A DNA stretch of 64,000 nt from Phormidesmis sp. (GTDB taxonomy: Bacteria > Cyanobacteriota > Cyanobacteriia > Leptolyngbyales > Leptolyngbyaceae), in NCBI GenBank assembly GCA_965248535.1, contig CBDFJR010000005.1, forward strand, positions 1,632,001 through 1,696,000, in the 5' to 3' direction. The notes below the pieces were generated by a model, which was not told the origin of the DNA, made no database searches, and saw only the letters and a program-made list of their open reading frames with translations. This document shows positions 1 through 10,140 of the stretch, in pieces (within the stretch, counting starts at the first letter, position 1; every line of letters starts with the position of its first letter). A program made the translations under genes and the position numbers.

Positions 1-53
1 GATCAAAAAAAGCGGTTTCCGGCGATCGTGCCTGACTTTTGATTTTGCCCATT

Positions 54-90
54 AAAAAGCGGCAGTTGACTATTCATCAGCTTACCGCTT
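54..90 (-). terminator. probable intrinsic terminator downstream of frr
   Basis: AAGCGG...CCGCTT stem; A-run at 54-58 is a U-tail on the minus strand. Confidence 0.45.
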
Positions 91-132
91 GCAAAATTGA
101 GATTCCAATCTTTGAAGATTAGTTTGACGAAT

Positions 133-681
133 TTAGACCGTCAGAATGTCTTTTTCTTTTTCTGCCAAAACTCTTTCCACTTCAGCGACATATTTGTCGG
201 TTAGCTTTTGAATTTTGTCTTGAGTATCCTTCGATTCGTCTTCAGAGACTTCCTTCGCCTTCTCTTGCTTTTTCACCGCATCGACCGCATCCCGGCGAAT
301 ATTCCGAACCGAGACTTTGCCCTCTTCAGAATATTTGGTGGCTAGTTTCACCAGTTCTTTGCGGCGATCGCTGGTCAACGGCGGAATATTTAATCGAATC
401 GCTGACCCATCATTGTTGGGCATTAACCCTAAACCAGACATCGAAATCGCCTTCTCAATGATCGCCAGACTGCCCCGATCGTAAGGCTGAATCTGAATGG
501 TGCTCGAATCAGGCGTACTAATATTCGCCAAAGCCTTGAGAGACGTAGGAGTCCCATAATATTCGACCGACACTTTATCTAGAAGACTAGTGCTGGCTCG
601 ACCCGTCCGAATGGTATTAAAAGACCGCTGAGTGGCTTCGATCGCCTTCTTCATATGGTCTTCGACATCAGCAAACTTCAC
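133..681 (-). CDS. frr: ribosome recycling factor
   Basis: IRTGRA...VEYYG...IPPLT..RRKELVK motifs; GTG start at 681 chosen by expected length (182 aa); follows pyrH. Confidence 0.97.
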   Translation of the reverse strand: MKFADVEDHMKKAIEATQRSFNTIRTGRASTSLLDKVSVEYYGTPTSLKALANISTPDSSTIQIQPYDRGSLAIIEKAISMSGLGLMPNNDGSAIRLNIPPLTSDRRKELVKLATKYSEEGKVSVRNIRRDAVDAVKKQEKAKEVSEDESKDTQDKIQKLTDKYVAEVERVLAEKEKDILTV

Positions 682-1396
682 AGAGACCTCCGACAATCGT
701 TCCGATAGATTCTCCCATCACTGCACGGCGCACATTTCCGGCAACCGACAAATCAAAGACGATGATGGGGATATTGTTATCTTTACACAACGAGATGGCC
801 GTGCTGTCCATAACTTTGAGATCGTGGGTCAACACATGAGAATAGGTGAGACTCTTAAAGCGCTTGGCCTCAGGATGATGCGCGGGGTCAGCGTCATAGA
901 CCCCATCGACCTTGGTCGCTTTAAACAGCACATCTGCCCCAATCTCAGCCGCCCTTAAAGCAGCCGTTGTGTCTGTGGTGAAAAAGGGATTGCCAGACCC
1001 CGCCCCAAACACGACGACTCGACCTTTTTCGAGATGGCGAATGGCGCGACGACGAATGTAGGGTTCGGCAACTTCTTGCATGGCGATCGCCGTTTGCACT
1101 CGTGTCGGCACTCCCATGTGCTCTAGAGCATCTTGCAGGGTCATGGCATTCATGACGGTAGCAATCATGCCGATATAGTCAGCGGTGGCTCGCTCCATGC
1201 CTGCCGCTGCCCCTTTCACCCCTCTGAAAATATTGCCGCCGCCGACCACGATCGCGATCTGAACTCCAGTGGCGGCGATTTCTGAAACTTCTTCAGCAAT
1301 CCCGTTGACTACGGCAGGATCGATCCCGTAGGACAGGTCGCCCATCAGGGCTTCACCACTGAGCTTCAGCAGAATCCGCCGATAAGTTATTCCCAT
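668..1396 (-). CDS. pyrH: UMP kinase
   Basis: [28 protein letters not shown] motifs. Confidence 0.98.
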   Translation of the reverse strand: MGITYRRILLKLSGEALMGDLSYGIDPAVVNGIAEEVSEIAATGVQIAIVVGGGNIFRGVKGAAAGMERATADYIGMIATVMNAMTLQDALEHMGVPTRVQTAIAMQEVAEPYIRRRAIRHLEKGRVVVFGAGSGNPFFTTDTTAALRAAEIGADVLFKATKVDGVYDADPAHHPEAKRFKSLTYSHVLTHDLKVMDSTAISLCKDNNIPIIVFDLSVAGNVRRAVMGESIGTIVGGLCEVC

Positions 1397-1527
1397 GTGA
1401 CGATGACTTGCGTGACTTCAATTGCTTTCACCTTAAGATAGCAGCAGATCAGGTGCTTTTATCAGATCTGCCTGGGAGAGCAGTCCTTGATAGTTTTGCT
1501 CTGAGGAATCACTCCTCAGAGAGATCG

Positions 1528-2076
1528 CTAGCTGTTGCGCCATTTGACAGAGCACCCGATCGGGTCAGTTGAAGTGGGCACGATCGCGTCTCCGATCAGA
1601 ACTTTCGCGATCGCGTTTCTCAAATAGTTCGCCTCGACAGCTTGAGGATTTTGGGGATTGTCGTCGATCGCGCCGCTATAGCAGAGCACACCCTGCTGGT
1701 TGAGCAAAAACACCTGGGGCGTTTTCTGGGCCCCAAACGCATTGGCCACTTCTTGAGTCACATCGCGAATATAGGGAAAATTCACCTGATGGTTGGTGGC
1801 AAAGGGTTTCATCTGCTCAAAGCTGTCTTCAGGAAACTGCTCTGCATCGTTGGGGTTAATGCCGATCAGCGTCAAGCCTTGCCCCTTAAAGTCGCTTTGA
1901 ATCTGCTTGAGGCGATCAAGATAGAGCGTCACATAGGGGCAGTGATTGCACATAAACACGACTCCGACCGCTCGAAACTGTTCAAGATAGCGGGCGAGAT
2001 GATGCACTGAGCCATCGGTTCCGGGGAGTTCAAAATCTGGAGCGTAGCCGCCAATCTGAGTTCCGATCGTGTCCAT
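1528..2076 (-). CDS. thioredoxin-fold AhpC/TSA family protein
   Basis: APDFELP, CNHCPY, GAIDD, terminal GCSVKW. Confidence 0.9.
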   Translation of the reverse strand: MDTIGTQIGGYAPDFELPGTDGSVHHLARYLEQFRAVGVVFMCNHCPYVTLYLDRLKQIQSDFKGQGLTLIGINPNDAEQFPEDSFEQMKPFATNHQVNFPYIRDVTQEVANAFGAQKTPQVFLLNQQGVLCYSGAIDDNPQNPQAVEANYLRNAIAKVLIGDAIVPTSTDPIGCSVKWRNS

Positions 2077-2227
2077 AAAGTCAACTTAAAGGGTGAAGGA
2101 GTAAGACTTCAAAGCAAAACCGCATCCAAATCGTGACACAAAAAGGCTCAGGGTTCAAAGGGCAACGACTGGACGCTTGACGTTAAACTAGACTACATAA
2201 AAGTTTATAATTCTGTAATTAAGTTTT

Positions 2228-3118
2228 ATGGTGGCTTCTTCTGATCGGACGATCGACAAAACCTGGCTGTGGAAAGGCTTTAAAATTGCCTATCAAACCC
2301 AGGGCAGCGCGGGGCCTGCGGTGATTTTGATTCACGGGTTTGGCGCGTCCTATTATCACTGGCGCAAAAACACGCCAGAGTTAGCTAAGACGTACCGAGT
2401 CTATGCGGTGGATTTGATCGGGTTTGGTCAGTCAGAAAAGCCCGTGCCGATCGAGCAAGTTGACTACACCTTTGAGACGTGGGCGGAGCAGATCGCCGAT
2501 TTTTGTCGTGAAGTCGTGGGCGAATCGGCCTTTTTGGTGGGCAACTCGATCGGGTGCATTGTGGCGATGCAAGCTGCCGTCGATTATCCAGACCTCGCAC
2601 GGGGATTGGCGTTGATCAACTGTTCGTTAAGACTGCTGCACGATCGCAAACGCATCGGACAACCCTGGATTAAGCGCGTCGGTGCGCCCGTTTTGCAGGG
2701 AATTCTTAAACAGAAGTGGGTCGGCAATCTGTTTTTTAAGCAACTCGCCCAGCCCAAAACCGTTCGCAATATTTTGCTCAAGGCTTATGCCCGATCGGAA
2801 GCCGTCACCGATGAGCTAGTCGAGTTGTTGATGAGAGCGGCTCGCGATCGGGGTGCCGCAGCCGTTTTTGTCGCCTTCACAGGCTATTCTCAAGGGCCAC
2901 TGCCCGAAGATCTGTTCCCAAAACTGTCCTGTCCGACCCTGATTTTGTGGGGAGAAAAAGACCCGTGGGAACCGATCGAGCTTGGCAAAGCCTTTGCAGA
3001 CTATCCTCAAGTTGAAAAATTCATTCCACTAAAAGGGGTAGGTCATTGCCCCCAAGACGAAGCGCCAGAACTGGTTAACCCGATTTTGCGAGACTGGATC
3101 TTGTCCCATTCACCCTAG
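2228..3118 (+). CDS. alpha/beta fold hydrolase
   Basis: HGFG, GNSIG nucleophile elbow, GHCPQDE. Confidence 0.92.
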   Translation: MVASSDRTIDKTWLWKGFKIAYQTQGSAGPAVILIHGFGASYYHWRKNTPELAKTYRVYAVDLIGFGQSEKPVPIEQVDYTFETWAEQIADFCREVVGESAFLVGNSIGCIVAMQAAVDYPDLARGLALINCSLRLLHDRKRIGQPWIKRVGAPVLQGILKQKWVGNLFFKQLAQPKTVRNILLKAYARSEAVTDELVELLMRAARDRGAAAVFVAFTGYSQGPLPEDLFPKLSCPTLILWGEKDPWEPIELGKAFADYPQVEKFIPLKGVGHCPQDEAPELVNPILRDWILSHSP

Positions 3119-3308
3119 TAGTCCACCAAACAAACTCTGAGGAGTCATGTCAAACTACTTAGCCAAGATTTCGTTTGCAGGGGGTTTGGGGGAGGCAACC
3201 GTCCCCCAATGGGGGTTTGGGGGAGTGCCCCCAAGGGTCGGAAGCCCAAGACTATCGCATCATCGCCAAAGATCTGTACTAGTCAAAGTTGAATGGGTGA
3301 ACTACTAG
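3115..3308. mobile_element. MITE-like element with imperfect terminal inverted repeats, flanked by CTAG
   Basis: CTAGTAGTCCACCAAACAAACTCTGA vs reverse complement of right end CTAGTAGTTCACCCATTCAACTTTGA (20/26 match); non-coding; internal GGGGTTTGGGGGA twice. Confidence 0.7.
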
Positions 3309-3919
3309 GCGTGAAGATCCTGCCAGCGTTTTTGCAGATCTTGAATCGTGAAAACAGTTTGAAACTTTAGCCCCACCGTTTTGTAGAACTCTGCGCCGCC
3401 CTGCTGACGATCGACGAGCGTAATCACTTCCTCAACTCGATAGCCCGCTTCTCGCAGTCGATCCACCGCTTTCATCGCCGATTGTCCCGTGGTCACCACA
3501 TCTTCTAACACCACCACCGGGCTGCCCTCTGGCAAAGTTGGGCCTTCAATATAGGCTTGAGTGCCGTGACCTTTAGCCTCTTTGCGGACAATTAAAGCCG
3601 CCAGCGATCGCCCTTCATAAGCCGCGACGACGCTAGCTGCGGTGACGATCGGGTCTGCGCCCAAGGTCAAGCCTGCCACCGCCACCGTTTCAGGCGACAC
3701 GTAAGGCAACAGAATTCGTCCTACCGCCAAACCGCCTTGAGGGTGCAGCGTCACCTGTTTGCCGTTAATGTAGTAGGTGCTTTTTTGCCCCGAAGACAGC
3801 AAAAAATCACCTTCTCGATAGGCGACCTCACAAAACAGCGTCAACAGCGCTTGACGAAGAGCAGGTAACTCGGCGATCGCCCACGGGAAATTTGCTGAAG
3901 ATTGAGACGGATTTGTCAT
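3305..3919 (-). CDS. pyrE: orotate phosphoribosyltransferase
   Basis: FLLSSG, RKEAKGHG, VVVLEDVVTTG PRPP-binding motif. Confidence 0.96.
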   Translation of the reverse strand: MTNPSQSSANFPWAIAELPALRQALLTLFCEVAYREGDFLLSSGQKSTYYINGKQVTLHPQGGLAVGRILLPYVSPETVAVAGLTLGADPIVTAASVVAAYEGRSLAALIVRKEAKGHGTQAYIEGPTLPEGSPVVVLEDVVTTGQSAMKAVDRLREAGYRVEEVITLVDRQQGGAEFYKTVGLKFQTVFTIQDLQKRWQDLHA

Positions 3920-4038
3920 AGGTAGGGCAGACTAGAGTTATTAATGATTGAGAAGATAGCGTGACGAACCCGGTCAAAACCCCGGTTTTAATCAACAATC
4001 CAAAGTTAAACTTTAGCGGAATAGTGGAGACAAATCCC

Positions 4039-4443
4039 ATGGGCGTGAGGTTAAAGAGTGTCTTGAGCTTAGTGGCTCTAGCGGCGGCTTCGACGGTGGC
4101 GACAGCAGCCACGGCTCAAGAAAGACCTGCGACGTTTAAGCCGCGTGAATCTGTGCCAGATGCGGTTAATCGGGCTTTTTATGGAGCGAGTGAAGGGTTT
4201 CAAGATGTCAAACGCCCGATCGAGGCTTTGGTTGGCGTGCCTAGATTTCCAGAAAACGCTATTGCTCGTGATGGCGATCGCGTCGATCGCATCTACCGCG
4301 ATTTGCTCAATCAGCAAAGCACCAGCGACCCCTTAATCCGCACGGTAGATCTACCAAACCCCTACAGCACGTCGGTTTTGACGCTTCCTAGTGCCAGTGT
4401 CAGCAACCGAGTAACTGGCTCTGAGCTAGTGTTTGGTCAATAG
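4039..4443 (+). CDS. exported hypothetical protein
   Basis: ORF with N-terminal signal-peptide-like segment ending ATA-Q. Confidence 0.7.
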   Translation: MGVRLKSVLSLVALAAASTVATAATAQERPATFKPRESVPDAVNRAFYGASEGFQDVKRPIEALVGVPRFPENAIARDGDRVDRIYRDLLNQQSTSDPLIRTVDLPNPYSTSVLTLPSASVSNRVTGSELVFGQ

Positions 4444-4455
4444 ACTTTGACGAAA

Positions 4456-4528
4456 TGCGCCGTGCTGGAATCGAACCAGCCTGAAGGCGAATTATGAGCT
4501 CGCTACCTCCCCAATCGGTCAACGGCGC
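4456..4528 (-). tRNA. tRNA with CAT anticodon, most likely tRNA-Ile2 (lysidine-modified)
   Basis: GCGCCGT acceptor stem, GCGAG-CTCATAA-TTCGC anticodon arm, GGTTCGATTCC T-arm; resembles cyanobacterial Ile2 rather than Met tRNAs. Confidence 0.88.
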
Positions 4529-4677
4529 AGATGGGTTCGTGTAACATTTTAGCTTGAGTTTCGCGGTTGTCTCTCAGCCGCGATATTTTTTTTAATGGAG
4601 CGTGGTCTTAATCTCGTTTAGCGAATACAATTCAGGTCAAACCGCGTTTACCGTTCACTTAATCTTGATCACGATCG

Positions 4678-5337
4678 ATGCGAATTAATTCTACGGTTGC
4701 CCTGACTTTTATTTTGCTAACCCTGATGTTTGGTGCAGGCATCGTGACCGGAGCTTGGGGGTTTGCGATCGGACGAGAAGCCCTGAAGGGAATTACGCAG
4801 CCCGATGCCCGCCCCACTAACAAAGGGGGCAAAAAACCTAGCTCGACGCGAGCCTCAGAAGAGCTAGTGATTTTGCAGGAAGAAGATATTATCAAGAAGG
4901 TGAAAACCCGCCTAGATGGGAACGCAAAATCAGCCCCTGCCGCTACCCCCACTTCACCCAAACCAGAGCCAGAAAAACAGGTGACAGCCTCAGCCAAGTT
5001 TCCGATCGTCAGCCAAGACAAAGGGGTCACGATCGAAGTCAGCGGCGTTCGGCAGCGAGGAGACTCTGTAGTGTTTGATGTCTCTATCAAAAATGAGGGC
5101 ACCCAACCCGTCAAATTTCTCTATAGTTTTTTAAACGTCACCGATGAACAGGGGCGCGTGCTCAGTGCCGACACCGATCGCCTGCCAACCGAATTGCCAC
5201 CCAATAATCAGAAATTTAGCGGAACGGTTTCGCTTTCGACAACCCTGCTGGACAAGGCTCAAAAAGTCTCGATCCAGCTAACCGACTATCCTGATCAAAA
5301 GCTCCAACTGCGGATGGCTGACATCCCGGTCAAATAA
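4678..5337 (+). CDS. membrane-anchored hypothetical protein
   Basis: 219-aa ORF; N-terminal TM helix, Pro/Ala linker, beta-rich C-terminal domain. Confidence 0.8.
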   Translation: MRINSTVALTFILLTLMFGAGIVTGAWGFAIGREALKGITQPDARPTNKGGKKPSSTRASEELVILQEEDIIKKVKTRLDGNAKSAPAATPTSPKPEPEKQVTASAKFPIVSQDKGVTIEVSGVRQRGDSVVFDVSIKNEGTQPVKFLYSFLNVTDEQGRVLSADTDRLPTELPPNNQKFSGTVSLSTTLLDKAQKVSIQLTDYPDQKLQLRMADIPVK

Positions 5338-5420
5338 GCCCAAACTAACAAAGTTCGGGGCATTATCTAAAGTCTTTTGATTGCCCATTGTGGTGCATTG
5401 TTTATGGGTCTTCTTCGCAA

Positions 5421-6872
5421 ATGATTGCCCCTTTTGCGGTCGGTTTGGTGTCGAGTGCGCTGCAAAGTCTAAGTTGGACGGATGTAGCGCTGAGATTTTC
5501 GTCAGTGTTGCTGCTGATCACGATTAATGCGTTTTTTGTGACGGCAGAGTTTGCGATCGTTTCGGTGCGGCGATCGCGCATTAACCAACTGGTTGACGCA
5601 GGAGACATTCAGGCTCGCACCGTGCAAAACTTGCAGCGCAGCATCGATCGCCTATTGTCTACCACTCAGTTGGGCATCACGCTGTCGAGTCTGGCCCTAG
5701 GCTGGATCGGCGAAAGCACGATGGCCGTCGTTGTGGCTAACTGGATTGCTCAACTGCCGTTTTCACCGTCGATCGTGCAAACCCTATCTCACTCGCTGGC
5801 GATTCCTCTAGCATTTTTGTTGATTGCCTATTTGCAAATCGTGTTGGGTGAATTGTGTCCTAAATCAGTGGCGATGCTCTACGCCGAAGAACTGGCGCGA
5901 TTTCTAGGGCCATTTAGTCTGGCGATCGCCCGCTTTTTTAACCCATTTATTTGGATTCTTAATCAATCGACGCGCTGTCTGCTGCGCCTGATCGGAGTCC
6001 AATACACCGGGCAGGGATGGTATAACCAGGTGACTCCTGAAGAGCTACAGCTAATCATCTCCACCTCTAGTGAATCGACGGGGTTAGAGGCTGAAGAACG
6101 CGAGCTTTTGAGTAATGTCTTTGAGTTTGGAGACGTTCCGGCGACTGAAGTCATGGTGCAGCGTCCAAGTATGATCACCCTGGGAGTCGATGCGACGGTT
6201 CGACATCTGTTAGAAGAAGTGGCCCATTCGGGACATTCTCGCTACCCGGTGATCGGTGACTCGCTGGATGATATCTGCGGCATGATTCACTTTAAAGAAC
6301 TGGCAGAGCCGTTAGTGCAGGGCACCTTGACCTTAGACAGTCCGATTAAGTCGTGGATTCACCCCGCGCAGTTTGTGCCAGAATATACGCCCTTGGGGGA
6401 ACTGCTGACCTTGATGCAGCGATCGCGACTGCACATGGTGGTGGTGGTCGATGAGTTTGGCAGCACCGCCGGGTTGGTCACCCTTCAGGATGTTGTTAGT
6501 CAGATTATTGGCGATAGCTCAGAGCCGCCAAGCGATGAAGAACTTTCGATTCAAATCCTCGATGAAAATACCTTCTTGATTCAAGCGCAGATGAATCTAG
6601 AAGAAGTGAACGAGGAGTTAAATCTAGAGTTTCCCCTAGCCGAAGAATATCAGACCCTCGGCGGTTTTTTGTTTTACCAGTGGCAAAAGATTCCGGCTCC
6701 GGGTGAGACGCTGCAATATGGCAACTGCGAGTTGACTGTGGTGTCTGCCGAGGGCCCGCGATTACATCAGATTCAGGTGCGACGAATTGAGCCATCGGAC
6801 GGGAGATCGAGCGATCTCTACCCCTCTAGCCCCACCGAGTCGCCTAACGAATCGCGGCGTGCCGATCAATAA
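5421..6872 (+). CDS. hemolysin/CNNM (DUF21-CBS-CorC) family protein
   Basis: NAFFVTAEFA, QLGIT, HSRYPV, VVDEFG, YQTLGG motifs; start uncertain. Confidence 0.93.
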   Translation: MIAPFAVGLVSSALQSLSWTDVALRFSSVLLLITINAFFVTAEFAIVSVRRSRINQLVDAGDIQARTVQNLQRSIDRLLSTTQLGITLSSLALGWIGESTMAVVVANWIAQLPFSPSIVQTLSHSLAIPLAFLLIAYLQIVLGELCPKSVAMLYAEELARFLGPFSLAIARFFNPFIWILNQSTRCLLRLIGVQYTGQGWYNQVTPEELQLIISTSSESTGLEAEERELLSNVFEFGDVPATEVMVQRPSMITLGVDATVRHLLEEVAHSGHSRYPVIGDSLDDICGMIHFKELAEPLVQGTLTLDSPIKSWIHPAQFVPEYTPLGELLTLMQRSRLHMVVVVDEFGSTAGLVTLQDVVSQIIGDSSEPPSDEELSIQILDENTFLIQAQMNLEEVNEELNLEFPLAEEYQTLGGFLFYQWQKIPAPGETLQYGNCELTVVSAEGPRLHQIQVRRIEPSDGRSSDLYPSSPTESPNESRRADQ

Positions 6873-6883
6873 TGCCAAAGCCC

Positions 6884-7537
6884 TCAGGTGCCCTCAAACC
6901 AAGCAACCACGGCAAACACTAAAAACAAAATGCCGCCTAGTTGAGTCACCGTTCGTTCTGAGATCCGCCCAGCGATCAGTTTGCCGCCAACGACGGCGAT
7001 CGCCGCGCAGATCGTGTGACCCGCGATCGCTCCCAGCGTCACCCCAACCGGATTGTTAGCCGCAGCTAGGGCGATCGTGGCAAATTGAGTCCGATCACCC
7101 CATTCCCCCACAAAAATCAGCACAAACGCTTCGGCGCAGATGGCAAACGGCGTTTTCTGTTTGAGATTGGCTTCGGCTTGGGCAATGGCCGCAATCGCGT
7201 CTCGCTCTGCCTCAGACGCACACTCAGCCGAGTCATTGGTTACCAGGGTGTGATCGCGGCATTCGGGCCGCATTTGAGCCGCGTCATAGAGCAACTTAAT
7301 GCCAAAGGCGACGAATAGCACGATCGCAGCATAGTGCGTCACGTCTTTGGGCAACAGTGATATAATCCGCCCTAAACAAACTGACAAAATGGTCATTGCA
7401 GCCAACGCCAGCACCGCACCAGCAAACACATAGCGGCGACGATGACGCATGGCTAAACACATCGCAATGAAGAAGGTCTTGTCGCCTAACTCAGACACGG
7501 TGATCAACAACAAACCCGCAGTAAAGGCAGTTAACAC
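6884..7537 (-). CDS. TMEM165/GDT1 (UPF0016) family Mn2+/Ca2+ transporter (Mnx/PAM71-like)
   Basis: two E-x-G-D-K/R-T motifs (ELGDKT, EWGDRT); GTG start at 7537 with GGAG upstream; longer ORF-track start runs through the riboswitch. Confidence 0.93.
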   Translation of the reverse strand: MLTAFTAGLLLITVSELGDKTFFIAMCLAMRHRRRYVFAGAVLALAAMTILSVCLGRIISLLPKDVTHYAAIVLFVAFGIKLLYDAAQMRPECRDHTLVTNDSAECASEAERDAIAAIAQAEANLKQKTPFAICAEAFVLIFVGEWGDRTQFATIALAAANNPVGVTLGAIAGHTICAAIAVVGGKLIAGRISERTVTQLGGILFLVFAVVAWFEGT

Positions 7538-7635
7538 GCTCTCAAGCTCCTCAGAATCAACAGTGTAGAGATTTTCTGAGTGGGCTTGATGAGGGTGCAA
7601 CGACTCCACCAAGCTCACATCAGATGTGAACTCAG

Positions 7636-7792
7636 TGAAGGTCTCGCTTACAAGTTTGGGTGCAGAGTTTAGAAGCAGTTTATTGACTGAATTCTTACTC
7701 TCTGTCTCCGATTTGTCACTTGAACCAGGCTCATCACCAGCATGTTGACTCAAGTGGGCTGGCGTTGGTTGACCAGCAGCTACTCCCCTTCA
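7636..7792 (-). promoter_or_regulatory. yybP-ykoY manganese riboswitch
   Basis: minus strand TGAAGGGGAGTAGC...GTCAACATGCTGG...GCGAGACCTTCA with TGAAGG/CCTTCA closing stem, upstream of a Mn exporter. Confidence 0.88.
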
Positions 7793-8088
7793 AACTATAA
7801 GAATTATACTTGAGTTTGGCGAGAGAAGCACGATCGGACTCTCAATTTTTTATCGTCTAGTTGCCCTGCAACCCAACTGAATGCCGACCCAAAAATCTTA
7901 TCTCGCTGCTGATTAGACTTTGACAAAAATTGGTCAGCAACTGGGTGAGATCCCTTATTCTTGATCCATGGTGACTTGAGTTCGGAAATCAAACCTGATG
8001 GAGGTAGAGAAAGCCGTCTACTAAAACCGCCTGTCTCTGATTAGATTGAAGTAGACCGATCGTGACTTTGAGTTTATAGGAGTTTGCT

Positions 8089-8472
8089 GTGAACCAGAAC
8101 AGCCTCAACAATCTTCAGTTAAGCATTACTGGCTTCGGACGCATTTTAACCATTATTGGGTTTGCGTGGTTGCTCGCGGCCTTAGGGCTGGGCTGGTTGA
8201 TAAAATCGTTTTTTGTGCTGCTGGCGCTGCTGCTGCTGGCCCCAGTCGTTGCATTTTTGGGCTTTCGGTGGTGGCTGCAAAAAAATCTGGTGCAAGATGC
8301 TTGCCCTGTCTGCCGCTATGAGTTTACAGGGTTAAATGGGGCGGCGATTCAATGCCCTAGCTGTGGAGAAGCCGTGCAGGTTGAGCAGGGACATTTTAGG
8401 CGGTTGACTCCGGCGGGCACGATCGACGTAGATGCGGTTGAAGTCTCGGCAACGACGATCGACGAAGGTTAA
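8089..8472 (+). CDS. membrane protein with CxxC-CxxC zinc-ribbon motif, hypothetical
   Basis: two TM helices, CPVC/CPSC, AGGAG RBS upstream. Confidence 0.85.
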   Translation: MNQNSLNNLQLSITGFGRILTIIGFAWLLAALGLGWLIKSFFVLLALLLLAPVVAFLGFRWWLQKNLVQDACPVCRYEFTGLNGAAIQCPSCGEAVQVEQGHFRRLTPAGTIDVDAVEVSATTIDEG

Positions 8473-8504
8473 CTATCCAACGGACGAAGGTTAACTATCC
8501 AACG
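8461..8504 (+). repeat. perfect 22-bp tandem duplication
   Basis: GACGAAGGTTAACTATCCAACG twice. Confidence 0.95.
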
Positions 8505-8528
8505 AAAGCTAACCGCTAGCATTAATTT

Positions 8529-8560
8529 AAAAAGGGCGGACATTGGTATCCACCCTTTTT
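8529..8560. terminator. bidirectional intrinsic terminator
   Basis: AAAAAGGGCGGA-loop-TCCACCCTTTTT between convergent genes. Confidence 0.75.
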
Positions 8561-8602
8561 AGTGCGTTCAAGTTTTATGCGGTTAAGTTGACTAGGAACG
8601 CC

Positions 8603-8920
8603 TCAATCTTCGTCGCCTTCCATGCGGGCAACCACGATCGCGCAGAAGGCAAATGCCAACACGATCGGCATCGGTGACTCAAAGAAATAGCCCGAAGCAG
8701 CGGCTACGATCGTGCTCACTATGGCTGCTAGGCTCCAAATTCTCTCGCTAACGGTTAGCCCTCTTTCAGCTTTGATGGCTCTCAACACTTGCGTCGGAAT
8801 CGGCACAGGCATCACCGCATTGGGAGGAAAGGCCCAATAGCCCGATCGCTCTTTAAACCAATCTGTCCAGCCGTTTTCTTGGCACCAGTCAGAAATCCAA
8901 TGTTCGCAGTAGTGATTCAT
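8603..8920 (-). CDS. hypothetical membrane protein
   Basis: 105-aa ORF, Trp-rich N-terminus (WCQENGWTDW, WAFPP), two TM helices. Confidence 0.8.
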   Translation of the reverse strand: MNHYCEHWISDWCQENGWTDWFKERSGYWAFPPNAVMPVPIPTQVLRAIKAERGLTVSERIWSLAAIVSTIVAAASGYFFESPMPIVLAFAFCAIVVARMEGDED

Positions 8921-9432
8921 ATCTAGATTGAAAGAAGTAGAAGGGCCAAGAGACTAAGCCTCGATCGCTTGAGTGAATAAGCGAGAAGTCAAAACTGTTT
9001 TGATAATGGAAACATTGGACAGGTCTCCCGGTTGCGAGTTGAGTCGCAGTGACTCAGAAAGCTTCGCAAAACCCAGGTGCACGATCGCATCACTTCCATG
9101 ACAATAACAAAGCAAGTTCTCTGATGACCGCCAAAGATAATAAAATTTACTTTCTTAAGCGTTTGTGCAATCTTTTGTAACTTGCTGTTTCACTACTTTA
9201 TTAATTTGGCTTGCGGCACTGATAGCGGGCATTTGCAGTTCGGTATAAAATACGTTTCTTCAGTGTCTTTAAAGCACTTTTCAGCGTGTTTCTCTAAGAA
9301 CTGAACTGACGAATTGGTGGATTTTTTAATCAAAGAGTGAGAGTCTAAAAAAGCAGGCTGATCGATAGAAAAATTGGTAAGTTCTATAAAGTTCTGTGGG
9401 ATAAAACACCTTTCGTTACCTGAGAGATTGCC

Positions 9433-10140
9433 ATGACACTCAATCAATTTACTGCCCAGTTTTCTAGAAGAACGCTGTTCTCGATCGGGGCAGGGGCGAT
9501 CGCGGCAGGGCTAACGACTAATTTTCTGACCCCCACTCAGGCGCTTGCCGCCCCGCCGACCACACCCATCTCTCCTCAACAAGCGCTCAAGCTATTAAGG
9601 GAAGGCAATCAACGCTATATAGACCACCAATTGTCTCACCCGCATATCGACCAAAAACGGCTATCAGAATTGGCAAACCAACAAACCCCCTTCGCGATTA
9701 TCTTGAGTTGTGCTGACTCGCGGGTGCCGCCCGAAGTAGTCTTTGATCAAGGGCTGGGTGACTTATTTGTGATTCGAGTCGCTGGCAATATTTTAGATGA
9801 CGCTGTTTTAGGCAGCATCGAATATGGGGCTGTTAATTTGAATGTTCCGCTAGTGATGGTGTTGGGTCATGAGCGGTGCGGCGCAGTTGCAGCCACCGTA
9901 GCGGGCAGAGAGGTGCCAAATCACATTAGCTCATTGGTGAAAGCGATTCAGCCCGCCTTAGAGCGGGTCAAAGGCCAGCCAGGCGACCTGTTAGACAACG
10001 CAGTTCGAGCCAATGTGCAACTGGTGGCCGAGCAGATGAGCGAATCTGAACCTCTGGCTGGGTTAGTCAAAAGCCAAAAACTGATGATCGTGGGCGGCCG
10101 CTATGACCTCGACACAGGCACCGTCGAAATCATTGCTTAG
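9433..10140 (+). CDS. beta-class carbonic anhydrase with Tat-like signal peptide
   Basis: CADSRV, RVAGN, GHERCGAV zinc ligands; N-terminal FSRRTLF and ALA cleavage motif. Confidence 0.93.
   Translation: MTLNQFTAQFSRRTLFSIGAGAIAAGLTTNFLTPTQALAAPPTTPISPQQALKLLREGNQRYIDHQLSHPHIDQKRLSELANQQTPFAIILSCADSRVPPEVVFDQGLGDLFVIRVAGNILDDAVLGSIEYGAVNLNVPLVMVLGHERCGAVAATVAGREVPNHISSLVKAIQPALERVKGQPGDLLDNAVRANVQLVAEQMSESEPLAGLVKSQKLMIVGGRYDLDTGTVEIIA

Noticed and set aside
7538..7753. N-terminal extension of the TMEM165 ORF
   Set aside because: Overlaps the riboswitch; a GTG with RBS at 7537 gives the normal family length.
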